Shown: positions 54,765 through 64,000, numbered from the stretch's first letter. The stretch is DNA of 64,000 bases from an uncultured Vicinamibacterales bacterium (GCA_958295905.1 OY282382.1:4134910-4198909), one strand, 5' to 3'. Made by a program: numbers and translations. The notes: generated from the sequence alone by a model not told the origin.

Positions 54765-55307
54765 TCACGGCCGCGGCTCGGCCGGCGGTTCGTAGTGGCG
54801 CCGATAGTCCCGACCGATACCCCGCCGGAACAACCATCCCCCGAGCGGACCCAGCCACCGCAGCACATGGCGCATGTGCCGCAGATCGGTCAGCTCGATG
54901 AGGTTCCCGTCGAAGTCCCGGGCGAAAAACAGGGTGTGGCCGTTGGGAGAGCGCTCGGGCGGGCTCACGATCTCCACGCCCTTGTCCACCAGGTAGTCAT
55001 ACCAGCGGCGGGTGTTGCGCACGTTGAAGCAGATGTGGGTCAGCCCGACCCGGTTCCAGACCGCCTCGGCGGCCGGCCGGTCCGGCCGGAACTCGAAGAT
55101 CTCGATGACCGCCCCCCCGGGGGCCCGAATCCACCCTATCTTGCAGGTCGGCTCGGGCGCGTCGACCCCGAAGAAGCCCCGCACACGGTCCGTGGGGGCA
55201 TCGGATACGCCGACCAGGGGGCACCCGAAGACGTCCCAGTAGAACCGGACCGCCTGGTTGAAATCGGACACCGTGATGCCGGTGTGGCTGAATGACCGTA
55301 CGCGCAC
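54765..55307 (-). CDS. VOC (glyoxalase/bleomycin-resistance/dioxygenase) family protein with C-terminal extension
   Basis: GTG 55307, with GGAGGA 7 nt upstream. FSHTGITVSDFNQAVRFYWDVFG, HICFNV, DFDGNLIEL. Confidence 0.75.
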   Translation of the reverse strand: MRVRSFSHTGITVSDFNQAVRFYWDVFGCPLVGVSDAPTDRVRGFFGVDAPEPTCKIGWIRAPGGAVIEIFEFRPDRPAAEAVWNRVGLTHICFNVRNTRRWYDYLVDKGVEIVSPPERSPNGHTLFFARDFDGNLIELTDLRHMRHVLRWLGPLGGWLFRRGIGRDYRRHYEPPAEPRP

Positions 55308-55332
55308 GGCGACGTCCTCCCCGGGCGGCGCA

Positions 55333-55393
55333 GCCGTCGGCCGCCCAATCCGACCCTCCGGGAATCCGCACGGTTCTCCGGCGCGGATTACCC
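55333..55393. repeat. family-B module (CCGCCCAATCCGACCCTCCGGG + hairpin)
   Basis: Compare with CCGCCCAACCAACCCTCCAGG + hairpin at 45628-45670. Confidence 0.6.
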
Positions 55394-55586
55394 GATTCCG
55401 GTCACGCGGTCCCGGCCGCAGGAAGTTAACAGCCGGCGGCAAACTCCGCGGTGCGCCGGAACTGGCCGGCGATGGCGCGGAAACGGCTCCGATCGGCCGG
55501 ATTTCGGCGATTTCGACCGCTGTACGACACGTTCTTGGGCCGAGTACGGCCCCGGCCGGACGCAGCACAACTTCTGCCACGGACTG

Positions 55587-57143
55587 TTAATGGGCCGCGG
55601 CCGCCGAGTCCCCGGGACCGGTGCGGCCGATGCGCAGCTCCGTCTCCTTGATGTGGTCGGCCACCCGCAGGGCCTGAGCGACGATGGTCAGGCCCGGGTT
55701 GACCGCCGACGACGACGGAAAGAACGACGCATCGACCACGAAGAGGTTCTCGACGTCGTGGGTCCGGCACCAGGGATCGAGCACCGAGCGGCTCGGATCG
55801 GTCCCGAAGCACAGCGTGCCGCACTGGTGGGTCGTATTGTGGATCGATCGCGGATGGACGTAGACGATCGCCAGTCCCAGCCGGCGGAGCATCCGCCGGA
55901 CCTCGCGGACCAGCCGCCCGTGGGCGCGCACGTTGTTCGGCCGGTAGCGCAGCCGGATGCGCCCCCCGGCGCCGACCGTCACACGGTTGTCGGACCGGGG
56001 CAGGTCCTCGGTCATGGCGAGCCAGTCGAGGCCCCGCGCCACCCAGTAGTCGAAGAACTTCAACGGCATCCACGGCGCGGCGGTCTGGGCCATGACGCCG
56101 TGGGTCCGCCCCTGGGACTGGATCTGTCCCAGGGGGTGGTCTCCATCCGGTCCGCGGAGATAGAAGTCGTTGATCGCCACCGTCTTCTGGAACACGGTGC
56201 GGTTCCGGCGAAACGGATGGAACCCCGCCATCATCGTGGCGAGATGCGCCATGTAGCGCCGTCCCGCGAGACCGGAGGAGTTCGCCAGACCATCCGGGTG
56301 CCGCTCGTTCGCCGACTGCAGCAGCAACGCCGCCGAATTGACCGCTCCACACGACAGGACCACGATCGACGCCTCGACCCGACGCCGTTCGCCGGCGTGG
56401 TCGACCTCGACGGCCTCGACCCGCCGTCCGCCCGGGTCCGTCAGCAGGCGCCGCGCCCGCGCGCCGGTCCACAGGGTGACGTTGTCCCGCATGGCGGCGG
56501 GGCGGACGCAACAGATGTCGGCGTCGCTTTTCGCCCCGCGGTGGCACGGGAACGAGTTGCACGTATCGCACAGGATGCAGCGTCCCGGTTCCCCCGGCCC
56601 CCGGAGTCCCAGCGGCAGGGCCGAGGGATGCAGCCCCTGGCCGCGAATCCGGGCCACGTACGCCTCCACCTGCTCCGCGTGCGGAATCGCGGGGTGGGGA
56701 AACGGCTTCCTCGGCGGCTCGGTGGGATCCTCGCCGGCCGTTCCGTGCACCTCGTACAGGCGCTCCGCCCGCTCGTAGTACGGCTCGAGGGCGTCGTAGT
56801 CGATCGGCCAGGCCGGCGAGACGCCGTCGACATGCTCGATCTCGCCGAAGTCCTCGCGGCGCATCCGGAAGAGGACGCTGCCCCAGAACTTGGTGTTGCC
56901 CCCGACGCAGTAGTGGGTGTAGGGGCGGAACGCCCTGCCGCCGTCGTCCAGCCAGCGCTCCGACGTCTGGTAGCGCCGGTGCTTCCAGACCGCGGCGGGG
57001 TCGCGGTTCTCGGGCTCCTGCGGCACGAACCGGCCCCGCTCGACCAGCAGGATCCGGGCCGGCGTATCGGCCAGCGCCCGGGCCAGGGTGCCTCCCCCGG
57101 CGCCCGTCCCGACGACGACGATGTCGTACCGCTCGCTGGGCAT
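55587..57143 (-). CDS. GMC-family FAD-dependent oxidoreductase
   Basis: MPSERYDIVVVGTGAGGGTLARALA (FAD fold). C-terminal HQCGTLCFG...VVDASFFPSSSAVNPGLTIVAQALRVA. Confidence 0.85.
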   Translation of the reverse strand: MPSERYDIVVVGTGAGGGTLARALADTPARILLVERGRFVPQEPENRDPAAVWKHRRYQTSERWLDDGGRAFRPYTHYCVGGNTKFWGSVLFRMRREDFGEIEHVDGVSPAWPIDYDALEPYYERAERLYEVHGTAGEDPTEPPRKPFPHPAIPHAEQVEAYVARIRGQGLHPSALPLGLRGPGEPGRCILCDTCNSFPCHRGAKSDADICCVRPAAMRDNVTLWTGARARRLLTDPGGRRVEAVEVDHAGERRRVEASIVVLSCGAVNSAALLLQSANERHPDGLANSSGLAGRRYMAHLATMMAGFHPFRRNRTVFQKTVAINDFYLRGPDGDHPLGQIQSQGRTHGVMAQTAAPWMPLKFFDYWVARGLDWLAMTEDLPRSDNRVTVGAGGRIRLRYRPNNVRAHGRLVREVRRMLRRLGLAIVYVHPRSIHNTTHQCGTLCFGTDPSRSVLDPWCRTHDVENLFVVDASFFPSSSAVNPGLTIVAQALRVADHIKETELRIGRTGPGDSAAAAH

Positions 57144-57151
57144 TCCGCGGT

Positions 57152-58144
57152 TCACGTTCCCGGTCGCGCCGCGGGCCGGCGCGTCGCGTAGATCTGGTCC
57201 ATGAGCCGCTGGTCGTCCATGGCCGCCTCCAGACTCATCGCGGGCCGCCGCCCCGATCGCACCGCCTCGACGAAGTCGCGGTACATCGCCCGATAGCCGC
57301 GGATGTCCCGCACCCCGGGGAACAACAGCCGCGGCAGGCCGCGGCTCCGCACCAGCACGAAACCGCCGTTCGACTCGAACGTGATGACGCCGTCCCGCCC
57401 GAACAGTTTCGACACCCGCACCCCCCGCAACAGCGAGGGCACCTCGCGCGAATAGAAGAGCGCGCCGGCCGCGCCGTTCGCATACCGGAACGCCGCGAGC
57501 ATGCTCTTGGCGCGGCGATCCGGTCCGCGCCGGGCCGGGGCCGGCGCGAACCCGGCCGCGGTGGTGATGGCCATGCCCAGGCTGTTGGCAAGGTGCAGCC
57601 AATGGATGCCCTCCTCGAAGAAGGCGTCGCCCCCCGCCAGCCGTTCGTCGTTGCGCCAGTCGTCGGCCCGCTTCAGGCGTCTGGCCACGGTCGTGAACTG
57701 GGCGAGCACCAGATCGCCGATGACCCCCCGGTCCAGCAGCCGCCGCAGACAGACGGCCAGCGGCTTGTAGTGGTCGTTCTCGCCCACGAGCACCACCCGG
57801 CCGGCCCGGTCACGCGCCGCCTGCACCCGCCGATAGTCCTCCATCCGGAGGAAGGCCGGCTTCTCGACCAGCACGTGCTTCCCGGCCGACAGCGCCTGCA
57901 GGGACAGATCGAGATGGAATCGCGGGGGCACCGCGACCACCACCGCGTCCACCCGGGAATCCTCGATCGCGGCGGCATAGCCGCCGTAGCTGCCGACACC
58001 GCGATAGCGGCGGCGGTAGGCCTCCGCCCGCGCCGCGTCCCGGCTCGCGTAGCTGCAGACCACCCTTGGGCGCAACCGCCGCAGGTGCCGGCTGTGCACC
58101 CCGGCGATGAACCCGCACCCGAGAAACGCCAGATGCACCGGCAT
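57152..58144 (-). CDS. Gfo/Idh/MocA-family NAD(P)-dependent oxidoreductase
   Basis: MPVHLAFLGCGFIAGVHSRHL and GKHVLVEKP. It ends 8 nt upstream of the GMC gene. Confidence 0.85.
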   Translation of the reverse strand: MPVHLAFLGCGFIAGVHSRHLRRLRPRVVCSYASRDAARAEAYRRRYRGVGSYGGYAAAIEDSRVDAVVVAVPPRFHLDLSLQALSAGKHVLVEKPAFLRMEDYRRVQAARDRAGRVVLVGENDHYKPLAVCLRRLLDRGVIGDLVLAQFTTVARRLKRADDWRNDERLAGGDAFFEEGIHWLHLANSLGMAITTAAGFAPAPARRGPDRRAKSMLAAFRYANGAAGALFYSREVPSLLRGVRVSKLFGRDGVITFESNGGFVLVRSRGLPRLLFPGVRDIRGYRAMYRDFVEAVRSGRRPAMSLEAAMDDQRLMDQIYATRRPAARPGT

Positions 58145-58210
58145 GTCCTGCCGTCCCCGCCCGGGAAACTGCCGGCGGCGGGCTCCGCCGGCCGACCCAT
58201 CAACCCCGCC

Positions 58211-58326
58211 GGAGTCCGCACCGTGTCTTCGGCGCAGATCCCGGCCCCGGAAATCGCCGCCGGCGGGCTCGGCTCGCCGACCCATCCATCCCGCCCGGGG
58301 TCCGCACCGTTCTTCGGCGCGGACCA
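58211..58326. repeat. two family-B hairpins flanking a family-A-like segment
   Basis: GGAGTCCGCACCG-TGTCTT-CGGCGCAGATCC at 58211-58241. GGGGTCCGCACCG-TTCTT-CGGCGCGGACCA at 58297-58326. CCCCGGAAATCGCCGCC lies between them. Confidence 0.65.
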
Positions 58327-58351
58327 CCGGCTTTGAGACCGCCGCCCCGGG

Positions 58352-59323
58352 TCATTCCCGAAGCGTCGGGGCCGCCGGCGTCTCGAGCACCTCGCGGATG
58401 TGGTAGGTGGGCTTGCCCTGCGACTCGTGATAGGTCCGGACCAGCAGCTCGGCCAGGAGCCCGAGCGTCACGAGCTGCACACCCGTAAACAGTAACAGAA
58501 TGCCGAACAGCAGCAGCGGCCGCCCCCCGATGTCCCGGCCCCCGAAGAGCCGGATATACGCCAGCCATCCGGTAATCGCGGCCCCCGCCGCGCCCATGAC
58601 GAGGCCGACCAGGCCGAAGATCTGCAGCGGCCGGGTCGAGTAGCTCAACAGGAACTTCACGGTGACGAGGTCCAGGATCACGTGCGGGGTCCGCCACAGG
58701 CCGTACTTCGACCGACCGTGCCGGCGGGGCCGATGATTGACGACGACCTCGGCGATACGGACGCCCTGCTCGCTCGCGATGGCGGGTATGAACCGGTGCA
58801 TCTCGCCGTAGAGGCGGAGCGACTTGACCACCTCGGCCTGGAACAGCTTGAGCGAGCATCCATAGTCGCGCAGCCGCACCCCCGTGACCCGCGATATCAG
58901 CCGGTTGGCGAGGGCGGAGACGAGCCGGCGGGAGAACCAGGGGTCCCGGCGCGCCTTGCGCCACCCGCAGACGATGTCGAACCCCTCGTTCAGCTTGTCG
59001 ACCATCCGCGGAATTTCGCGCAGGTCGTTCTGCAAATCGCCGTCCGCGGTGGCGATCAGGCGTCCCCGCGCGGTCGAGAACCCGGCCGAGAACGCCGCCG
59101 TCTGTCCGAAGTTCCGGCGCAGCCGGACCACCCGCATCCGGGAATCCGCGGCCTGAAGCCGGGCAAGCCGCTCGAAGGTCCCGTCCGTGCTCCCGTCGTC
59201 CACGAAGACCATCTCGTAGGTCCGCCCCCAGGCGTCGAGGGTCTCCGTGAGCTCCCGGTAGAGCGCATCGACGTTCGGCGCCTCGTCCAGGAGGGGGATG
59301 ACGACCGACAGCTCTGGACTCAT
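58352..59323 (-). CDS. GT2 polyprenyl-phosphate glycosyltransferase (ArnC/GtrB/DPM1-like, two C-terminal TM helices)
   Basis: MSPELSVVIPLLDEAPNV, VFVDDGSTDGT, DGDLQND, two C-terminal hydrophobic helices. Confidence 0.9.
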   Translation of the reverse strand: MSPELSVVIPLLDEAPNVDALYRELTETLDAWGRTYEMVFVDDGSTDGTFERLARLQAADSRMRVVRLRRNFGQTAAFSAGFSTARGRLIATADGDLQNDLREIPRMVDKLNEGFDIVCGWRKARRDPWFSRRLVSALANRLISRVTGVRLRDYGCSLKLFQAEVVKSLRLYGEMHRFIPAIASEQGVRIAEVVVNHRPRRHGRSKYGLWRTPHVILDLVTVKFLLSYSTRPLQIFGLVGLVMGAAGAAITGWLAYIRLFGGRDIGGRPLLLFGILLLFTGVQLVTLGLLAELLVRTYHESQGKPTYHIREVLETPAAPTLRE

Positions 59324-59384
59324 CGCGCGTGGGGTGGAGACTCGGCTCGGCGGGTTCGCCACGGGCTGCCAAGGTGCGCACGCC

Positions 59385-59897
59385 TCAAGGTGCGCACGCC
59401 TCCGGGACGACGTCGAGGATGTAATCGAGCATCCGATCGCCGTCGAAGATCCACCGGCCGGAGAATCGGCGTCCGTCGACGACCAGTGGCAGCCAGTGGC
59501 GGTCGTCCTCCCACATCTCGTGAAAGGGGATCGCATCGACGTCGAACCAGAGCGGAGCCGCCTCGTCGGTCTCCACCGGATCGCCGTCGAGGTCCGACGC
59601 CCGATAGACCCGAACGAACGTCGAATAGCCGTCGACGAACTGGAAGCAGTGCTCCCCGAGCCGGACAAGGTCGAGCGGGGTCACGCCCAGCTCCTCGCGC
59701 ATCTCGCGGACGGCGCAGTCATCGAACGACTCGCCCGCCTCGCGCCGGCCGCCGGGGCCGTTGATCTTGCCGGCCCCCAGCCCGCGCTTCTTGCGGATCA
59801 GCAGAATGCGCCGGTTCTTGACGACGAAGACGAGCGTCGCCGGGTCCGCGGCCCGCCAGGACGTCCAGTCGATCTCACGCACGCGCCGCGCCGGCAT
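59385..59897 (-). CDS. NUDIX hydrolase
   Basis: Nudix box GPGGRREAGESFDDCAVREMREELGV. Confidence 0.85.
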   Translation of the reverse strand: MPARRVREIDWTSWRAADPATLVFVVKNRRILLIRKKRGLGAGKINGPGGRREAGESFDDCAVREMREELGVTPLDLVRLGEHCFQFVDGYSTFVRVYRASDLDGDPVETDEAAPLWFDVDAIPFHEMWEDDRHWLPLVVDGRRFSGRWIFDGDRMLDYILDVVPEACAP

Positions 59898-60717
59898 CCC
59901 GCAGACTCCCGCCCGGTCGGGCTCCGGACGAACCGCCCGCGATGATCCGGAGCATCTCGTCGTGAATTCGGCCGTTCGAGGCCACGATCTCGTCCCCGTG
60001 GGTGTCGAACGCGGCGCCGTCGAACCTCGACAGGCGTCCCCCCGCCTCCTCGACCACGAGACTCGCCGCCGACATGTCCCAGGGGCGCAGGCGCTGCTCC
60101 CAGAACCCGTCGAACCGTCCCGCCGCCAGATAGCACAGGTCGAGCGCGGCGGAGCCCAGTCGGCGCACCGCCCGGGCCCGCGCGACGAATGCGCCGAACA
60201 GCCCGACGAGGTCGTCCACGGTATCGTGCACGTCGTAGGGGAACCCCGTGCACAGCATCGCGTCGAGGACGGACCCGGTGTCGGACACCCGCAGGGGGGC
60301 GTCGTTCAACCAAGCCCCGGCGCCCCGTTCGGCGGTGAACAGCTCGCGGCGGGTGGGATCGAAGACGGCCGCCGCCACCGGCCGCCGATCGATCTCCAGC
60401 GCGAGGCAGGAACAGAAGATCGGCAGGCCGTGGGCGAAGTTGACGGTGCCGTCGAGGGGGTCGAACACCCACCGGTACCGGGCCGGGGTCCGGCCGGTGT
60501 CGTTACGCAGTTCCTCGGCGAGCACCTCGTGGTCGGGAAACCGTTCCGCGATGACGGCGCGGCCCATCCGCTCCACCTCGACGTCGATCGCGGTGACGAG
60601 GTCGATCGCGCCCTTCTTGCGGATCTGCAGATTGCCGCCCAGATACTCGAGTTGCATCGTACCGGCGCGCCGAACGATCTCGACGGCGGTGGCCAGCCAC
60701 GCGGAAGGGTACGCCAT
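59875..60717 (-). CDS. suhB: inositol monophosphatase family protein
   Basis: VFDPLDGTVNFAHG and WDMSAASLVVEEAGG. It overlaps the NUDIX start by 23 nt. Confidence 0.9.
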   Translation of the reverse strand: MAYPSAWLATAVEIVRRAGTMQLEYLGGNLQIRKKGAIDLVTAIDVEVERMGRAVIAERFPDHEVLAEELRNDTGRTPARYRWVFDPLDGTVNFAHGLPIFCSCLALEIDRRPVAAAVFDPTRRELFTAERGAGAWLNDAPLRVSDTGSVLDAMLCTGFPYDVHDTVDDLVGLFGAFVARARAVRRLGSAALDLCYLAAGRFDGFWEQRLRPWDMSAASLVVEEAGGRLSRFDGAAFDTHGDEIVASNGRIHDEMLRIIAGGSSGARPGGSLRDAGAARA

Positions 60718-60734
60718 GTCGGATGCCGCAGGCG

Positions 60735-61184
60735 TCAGCCGGACTCGGAATCCGCCCCGAGGGTCTTCACCATCACCACCTCCATGCCCCCCTCCGGCGC
60801 CCGCCCCATGCGCACGTCGTCCATGAGGCTGCGCATGAAGAAGATGCCCCGGCCGCTCGACTTCAGCAGGTTCTCGGGGGCCAGCGGATCGGCGATCTCC
60901 ACCGGGTCGAAACCCTCTCCCTGATCGACCACCCGCACCGTCAGCCGCGTCGGCTCGGCCGGCGGCGCCAGCGTGAACTCCACCGTGACCAGCTTGTCCT
61001 CGATATCCTGATTGCCATGCTTGATGGCGTTGATCACCGATTCACGGACCGCCACGCTTATCCAGTGAATCGAGTCGCCGTCGAAGCCGATGATCTTCCC
61101 CAGCTCGTCGCTGACGACCTGAACGAAGTCCAGCATGTCGAAATGGCTCCGGAACGCCAGACGAACGACGGGGTCGCGGGTCAT
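60735..61184 (-). CDS. anti-sigma regulatory factor (RsbW/SpoIIAB-type Ser kinase, HATPase fold)
   Basis: Start at ATG 61184. SVAVRESVINAIKHGN, VVDQGEGFD, GRGIFFMRSLMDDV. No STAS or sigma gene is adjacent. Confidence 0.75.
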   Translation of the reverse strand: MTRDPVVRLAFRSHFDMLDFVQVVSDELGKIIGFDGDSIHWISVAVRESVINAIKHGNQDIEDKLVTVEFTLAPPAEPTRLTVRVVDQGEGFDPVEIADPLAPENLLKSSGRGIFFMRSLMDDVRMGRAPEGGMEVVMVKTLGADSESG

Positions 61185-61363
61185 GCGGCAACTGTCTCGG
61201 GTCGGACGGGTGGTTCCCCGGGCTCCCGGCACGCGGCCGGGACGCCTGAGTCCTGGGTCCGGCGCGGCGATTCCAGTGCGTAACATACTGTCCGTCCCCG
61301 ATTGGCGCAAGGGGCGCAAGGTCATCGATCGATTCACCCTTGACGGACGGAAACCGACGCCCC

Positions 61364-61372
61364 TGATATAGT
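61364..61372 (+). promoter_or_regulatory. extended -10 element (TGATATAGT) placed for a leaderless aroA mRNA
   Basis: TG-A-TATAGT ends 7 nt before ATG 61380. There is no SD. TTGACG at 61340-61345 is too far away (21-nt spacer). Confidence 0.35.
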
Positions 61373-61379
61373 GCCAAGA

Positions 61380-62687
61380 ATGCCGTCCGTCGTCGTTCAC
61401 CCCGTCACCCGCGTCCGCGGCCGCATCCCCATACCGGGCGACAAATCGATCTCCCACCGGTACGCGCTGCTGGCCGCGCTGGCCGGCGGCCGGTCGACGC
61501 TCACCGGCTACGCGCCGGGGGCCGACTGCGCCTCCACCCTGAGGTGTCTCCAGGCGCTGGGCGTCCGCGTGGAGGGTCCGGGAGCGCCCGAGCGCGGAAC
61601 GGACCGGCGCATCGTGACCATCGACGGCCGCGGCATCGGGGGACTGAAGTCTCCGCCGGCGCCGCTGGACGCCGGCAACTCCGGCACGACCCTGAGGCTC
61701 CTGTCCGGCGCCCTCGCCGGCCATCCCTTCACCAGCGTCATCACCGGGGACGGTTCTCTCCGCCGCCGGCCGATGCGGCGGATTATCGAACCGCTCACCC
61801 GAATGGGCGCGCGGGTGACGGGAGAACAGGACCGCCCGCCGCTCGCCATCGCCGGCGCGCAGCTCGAGGGCATCCACTTCACCCCGGCGGTCCCGAGCGC
61901 GCAGGTCAAGAGCGCGGTGCTCGTGGCCGGGCTCCATGCGAACGGCGACACCACCGTCAGAGAGACGGCCGCCACCCGAGACCACACCGAGCGCGCGTTG
62001 CCGGTTTTCGGGGTCGAACTGCGCCGGGCCGCCGGGAGCATCACGCTGCGCGGTGGCCAGCGTCTGCAGGCGGCCGAACTCGCGGTGCCCGGCGACCTGT
62101 CGTCCGCCGCGTTCTGGGCGACCGCCGCGGCGGCCCTGCCCGGCTCGGACATCACCCTCGACGACGTGGGACTCAATCCCTCCCGGACCGGGATTCTCAC
62201 GTGGCTCGAACGCGCGGGCGCCGGCATCGACCTGTTGCGGGTCACCGAGGACGCCGGCGAGCGCCGCGGATCCATCCGGGTCCGCCATGGCGGCAACGCC
62301 GGGCTCGCCGTCGGCCCGGCCGACGTGCCGGGTCTCATCGACGAGCTGCCGGTCCTCGCCGCGCTGGCCACCCACGGTGGAGAGCTGCACGTCACCGGCG
62401 CCGGCGAACTGCGGCACAAGGAGAGCGACCGCATCGCCGCGCTGGCCGACGGTCTGCGCGGACTCGGGGGATACGTCGCGGAGATGGAGGATGGCTTCCA
62501 CGTCGTGGGCCGCCGGCGAATGCAGGGCGGCGAAGCCGATGCGGCCGGCGACCATCGTCTGGCGATGGCGTTCGCCATCGCCGCCCTGGGCGCCCGGCAG
62601 CCGAGCCGCATCCGCAACGCCGAGGTCGTCGACGTGTCCTACCCCGGTTTCTTCGATGTCCTCGAATCCATCTGCATCCGCGCGTGA
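61380..62687 (+). CDS. aroA: 3-phosphoshikimate 1-carboxyvinyltransferase (EPSP synthase)
   Basis: MPSVVVHPVTRVRGRIPIPGDKSISHRYALLAALAGG, LDAGNSGTTLRLL. An alternative GTG start at 61371 is used by the ORF track. Confidence 0.95.
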   Translation: MPSVVVHPVTRVRGRIPIPGDKSISHRYALLAALAGGRSTLTGYAPGADCASTLRCLQALGVRVEGPGAPERGTDRRIVTIDGRGIGGLKSPPAPLDAGNSGTTLRLLSGALAGHPFTSVITGDGSLRRRPMRRIIEPLTRMGARVTGEQDRPPLAIAGAQLEGIHFTPAVPSAQVKSAVLVAGLHANGDTTVRETAATRDHTERALPVFGVELRRAAGSITLRGGQRLQAAELAVPGDLSSAAFWATAAAALPGSDITLDDVGLNPSRTGILTWLERAGAGIDLLRVTEDAGERRGSIRVRHGGNAGLAVGPADVPGLIDELPVLAALATHGGELHVTGAGELRHKESDRIAALADGLRGLGGYVAEMEDGFHVVGRRRMQGGEADAAGDHRLAMAFAIAALGARQPSRIRNAEVVDVSYPGFFDVLESICIRA

Positions 62688-62774
62688 CCTTTCGAAATCC
62701 GGCTCCGGCGGCCCGCGGTGGAACCCCCGGCTGCACCGGGAGCGCCAGCGGACGGTGAGACGCCCGCCTGACGA

Positions 62775-63140
62775 CAGCCCGCGGCGGGACCCCGCGCCGC
62801 CCCGGGAGCGGCGGGGGCGCCGGCGGGCTGGAAGAACGCCCGTGCCTGGCAAGGCGTGAGGAGGGCGCCCATGGCGGTGAAAACACGTCCCCCGACGTAT
62901 TCGCGGCGTTGCGGTGATCGGCATCCCCGATCATGACGGTCGGGCACAGGTTGACCGGCGAACAACGCAGTCAGGCGGGATGCATCGCCGGTTGGATGCG
63001 GCGGGGACTTTCGCCGCGGGCTGACATGGCGGAGGAGGGTGCATTCTCGGCATCCGCAACCGCGGACGGCGCGGCGTCCGACGAACAACGCAGTCAGGCG
63101 GGATGCATCGCCGGCCGGATGCGGCGGCGATTCTCACCCC
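62775..63140. repeat. longest family-C element (62775-63015) followed by a tandem duplicate of its distal arm (63080-63140)
   Basis: Contains the core in reverse (GATCGGCATCCCCGATCATGACGGT, 62916-62940). CGAACAACGCAGTCAGGCGGGATGCATCGCCGG occurs at 62959-62991 and 63081-63113. Confidence 0.8.
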
Positions 63141-63170
63141 GGGCCGCCGGCCCGGACCCGGCGGCGGTCA

Positions 63171-63671
63171 ATGCGCACTGACAAGATCTACCTGGTCGGG
63201 TTCATGGGCGCCGGCAAGAGCACCGTTGCCCGCGCTCTCGGAACGAAGCTCGGATGGCGTGTCGACGACGTCGACGACCTCATCGAGCAGCGCGAGGGCA
63301 TGACCGTCGCGGACATCTTCTCCCGGCGCGGAGAGACCTACTTCCGCCGGGTGGAGCGGGCGGTGCTGGCCGCCCGGATTCCCGTGCGCCACACCGTGGT
63401 GGCGACCGGCGGCGGCACCTTCGTGGACCCGGCCAACCGCTCGTTGATCAATGGAGACGGCGTCTCGATCTGGCTTGATGTATCCTTGACGCAGGTCATC
63501 GAGCGTCTGCCGAGAGACGGACGACGGCCGCTGGCGACGGACCGGTCGGGCATGGCGCGGCTTTTTCGCCACCGGCAGGGCGCCTACAACCACGCCCATG
63601 TGCGTCTGGATGCCGGAGCGGCGGCGGCCGGCGAGCTCGTCGAACGGATCATCGACCGGCTCGGTGTCTAG
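63171..63671 (+). CDS. aroK: shikimate kinase
   Basis: MRTDKIYLVGFMGAGKSTVARALG (Walker A), GGGTFV. Confidence 0.9.
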   Translation: MRTDKIYLVGFMGAGKSTVARALGTKLGWRVDDVDDLIEQREGMTVADIFSRRGETYFRRVERAVLAARIPVRHTVVATGGGTFVDPANRSLINGDGVSIWLDVSLTQVIERLPRDGRRPLATDRSGMARLFRHRQGAYNHAHVRLDAGAAAAGELVERIIDRLGV

Positions 63672-63716
63672 GCTCTTCGGACGAGAGTCCCGCGTCGCAC
63701 TGCGAGGCCGCTCCTG

Positions 63717-64000
63717 ATGCGTTTCCTGATTCTCAGCGACATTCACGGCAACATCGATGCGCTCGATGCCGTGCTCGCCCGCACGCCGCCGGACACCTAC
63801 GATCGCCTGCTGGTGCTCGGCGACCTGGTCGGCTACTGCGCAAACCCGAACGAGGTGGTCGAGCGGATCTTCGAGCTCGAGCCGCACGTCATGATCCGGG
63901 GCAACCACGACAAGGTCTCGACCGGCGTGCAGGAGCCCGACAGCTTCCGCCGGGTGGCGGGAGAGGCGGCCCGCTGGACCCACAAGGCGCTGACTCCGGA
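63717..64000 (+). CDS. metallophosphoesterase (YfcE/MJ0936-like), 5' part only
   Basis: Not in the ORF track because there is no stop. MRFLILSDIHGNIDALDAVL...LVLGDLVGY...IRGNHD. Confidence 0.75.
   Translation, partial: MRFLILSDIHGNIDALDAVLARTPPDTYDRLLVLGDLVGYCANPNEVVERIFELEPHVMIRGNHDKVSTGVQEPDSFRRVAGEAARWTHKALTP

Overview
Very GC-rich bacterial chromosomal segment (about 70% by eye, not computed). It is densely packed, mostly with minus-strand housekeeping genes. I support about 55 CDS, one ncRNA (RNase P RNA, 37923-38349), no tRNA or rRNA, no CRISPR array and no intact transposase. Confident core genes are cstA, ahcY, glnE, P-II, pntAA/AB/B, ybdK, an NtrC-type sigma-54 activator, a polyprenyl synthase, tatD, metG, larC, radC, dapF, dtd, ttcA, aroA and aroK. 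The many long R/P/G/A-rich ORFs in the supplied track are frame shadows of these genes. Five things stand out. (1) A cstA / 88-aa Cys-Cys-terminal protein / ArsA-type ATPase module, in which the ATPase has no canonical start codon and lies in frame behind a single TAG. (2) A decayed mobile island at about 9.74-12.31 kb. It holds a vapB antitoxin, a vapC cut to about 10 codons and fused in frame to the neighbouring gene, an IS21-type left end with a frameshifted istA stub, integrase and Sel1 fragments, and three DUF1640-like paralogs, one built from 33-bp (11-residue) tandem repeats. (3) A DUF1592 / DUF1552 / secreted ankyrin triad of unknown function. (4) At least three families of modular, hairpin-rich intergenic repeats (REP/BIME/MITE-like) in most of the larger intergenic gaps, including a 105-111 bp element with terminal inverted repeats and an identical 27-mer core at separate loci. 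(5) A sugar-modification cluster at 50.3-59.3 kb whose AsnB-type amidotransferase has Ser in place of the catalytic N-terminal Cys. Several genes have a -10-like hexamer 6-8 nt before the start codon and no Shine-Dalgarno sequence, which suggests leaderless mRNAs. All homology calls come from motif recognition by eye, and no database search was run.
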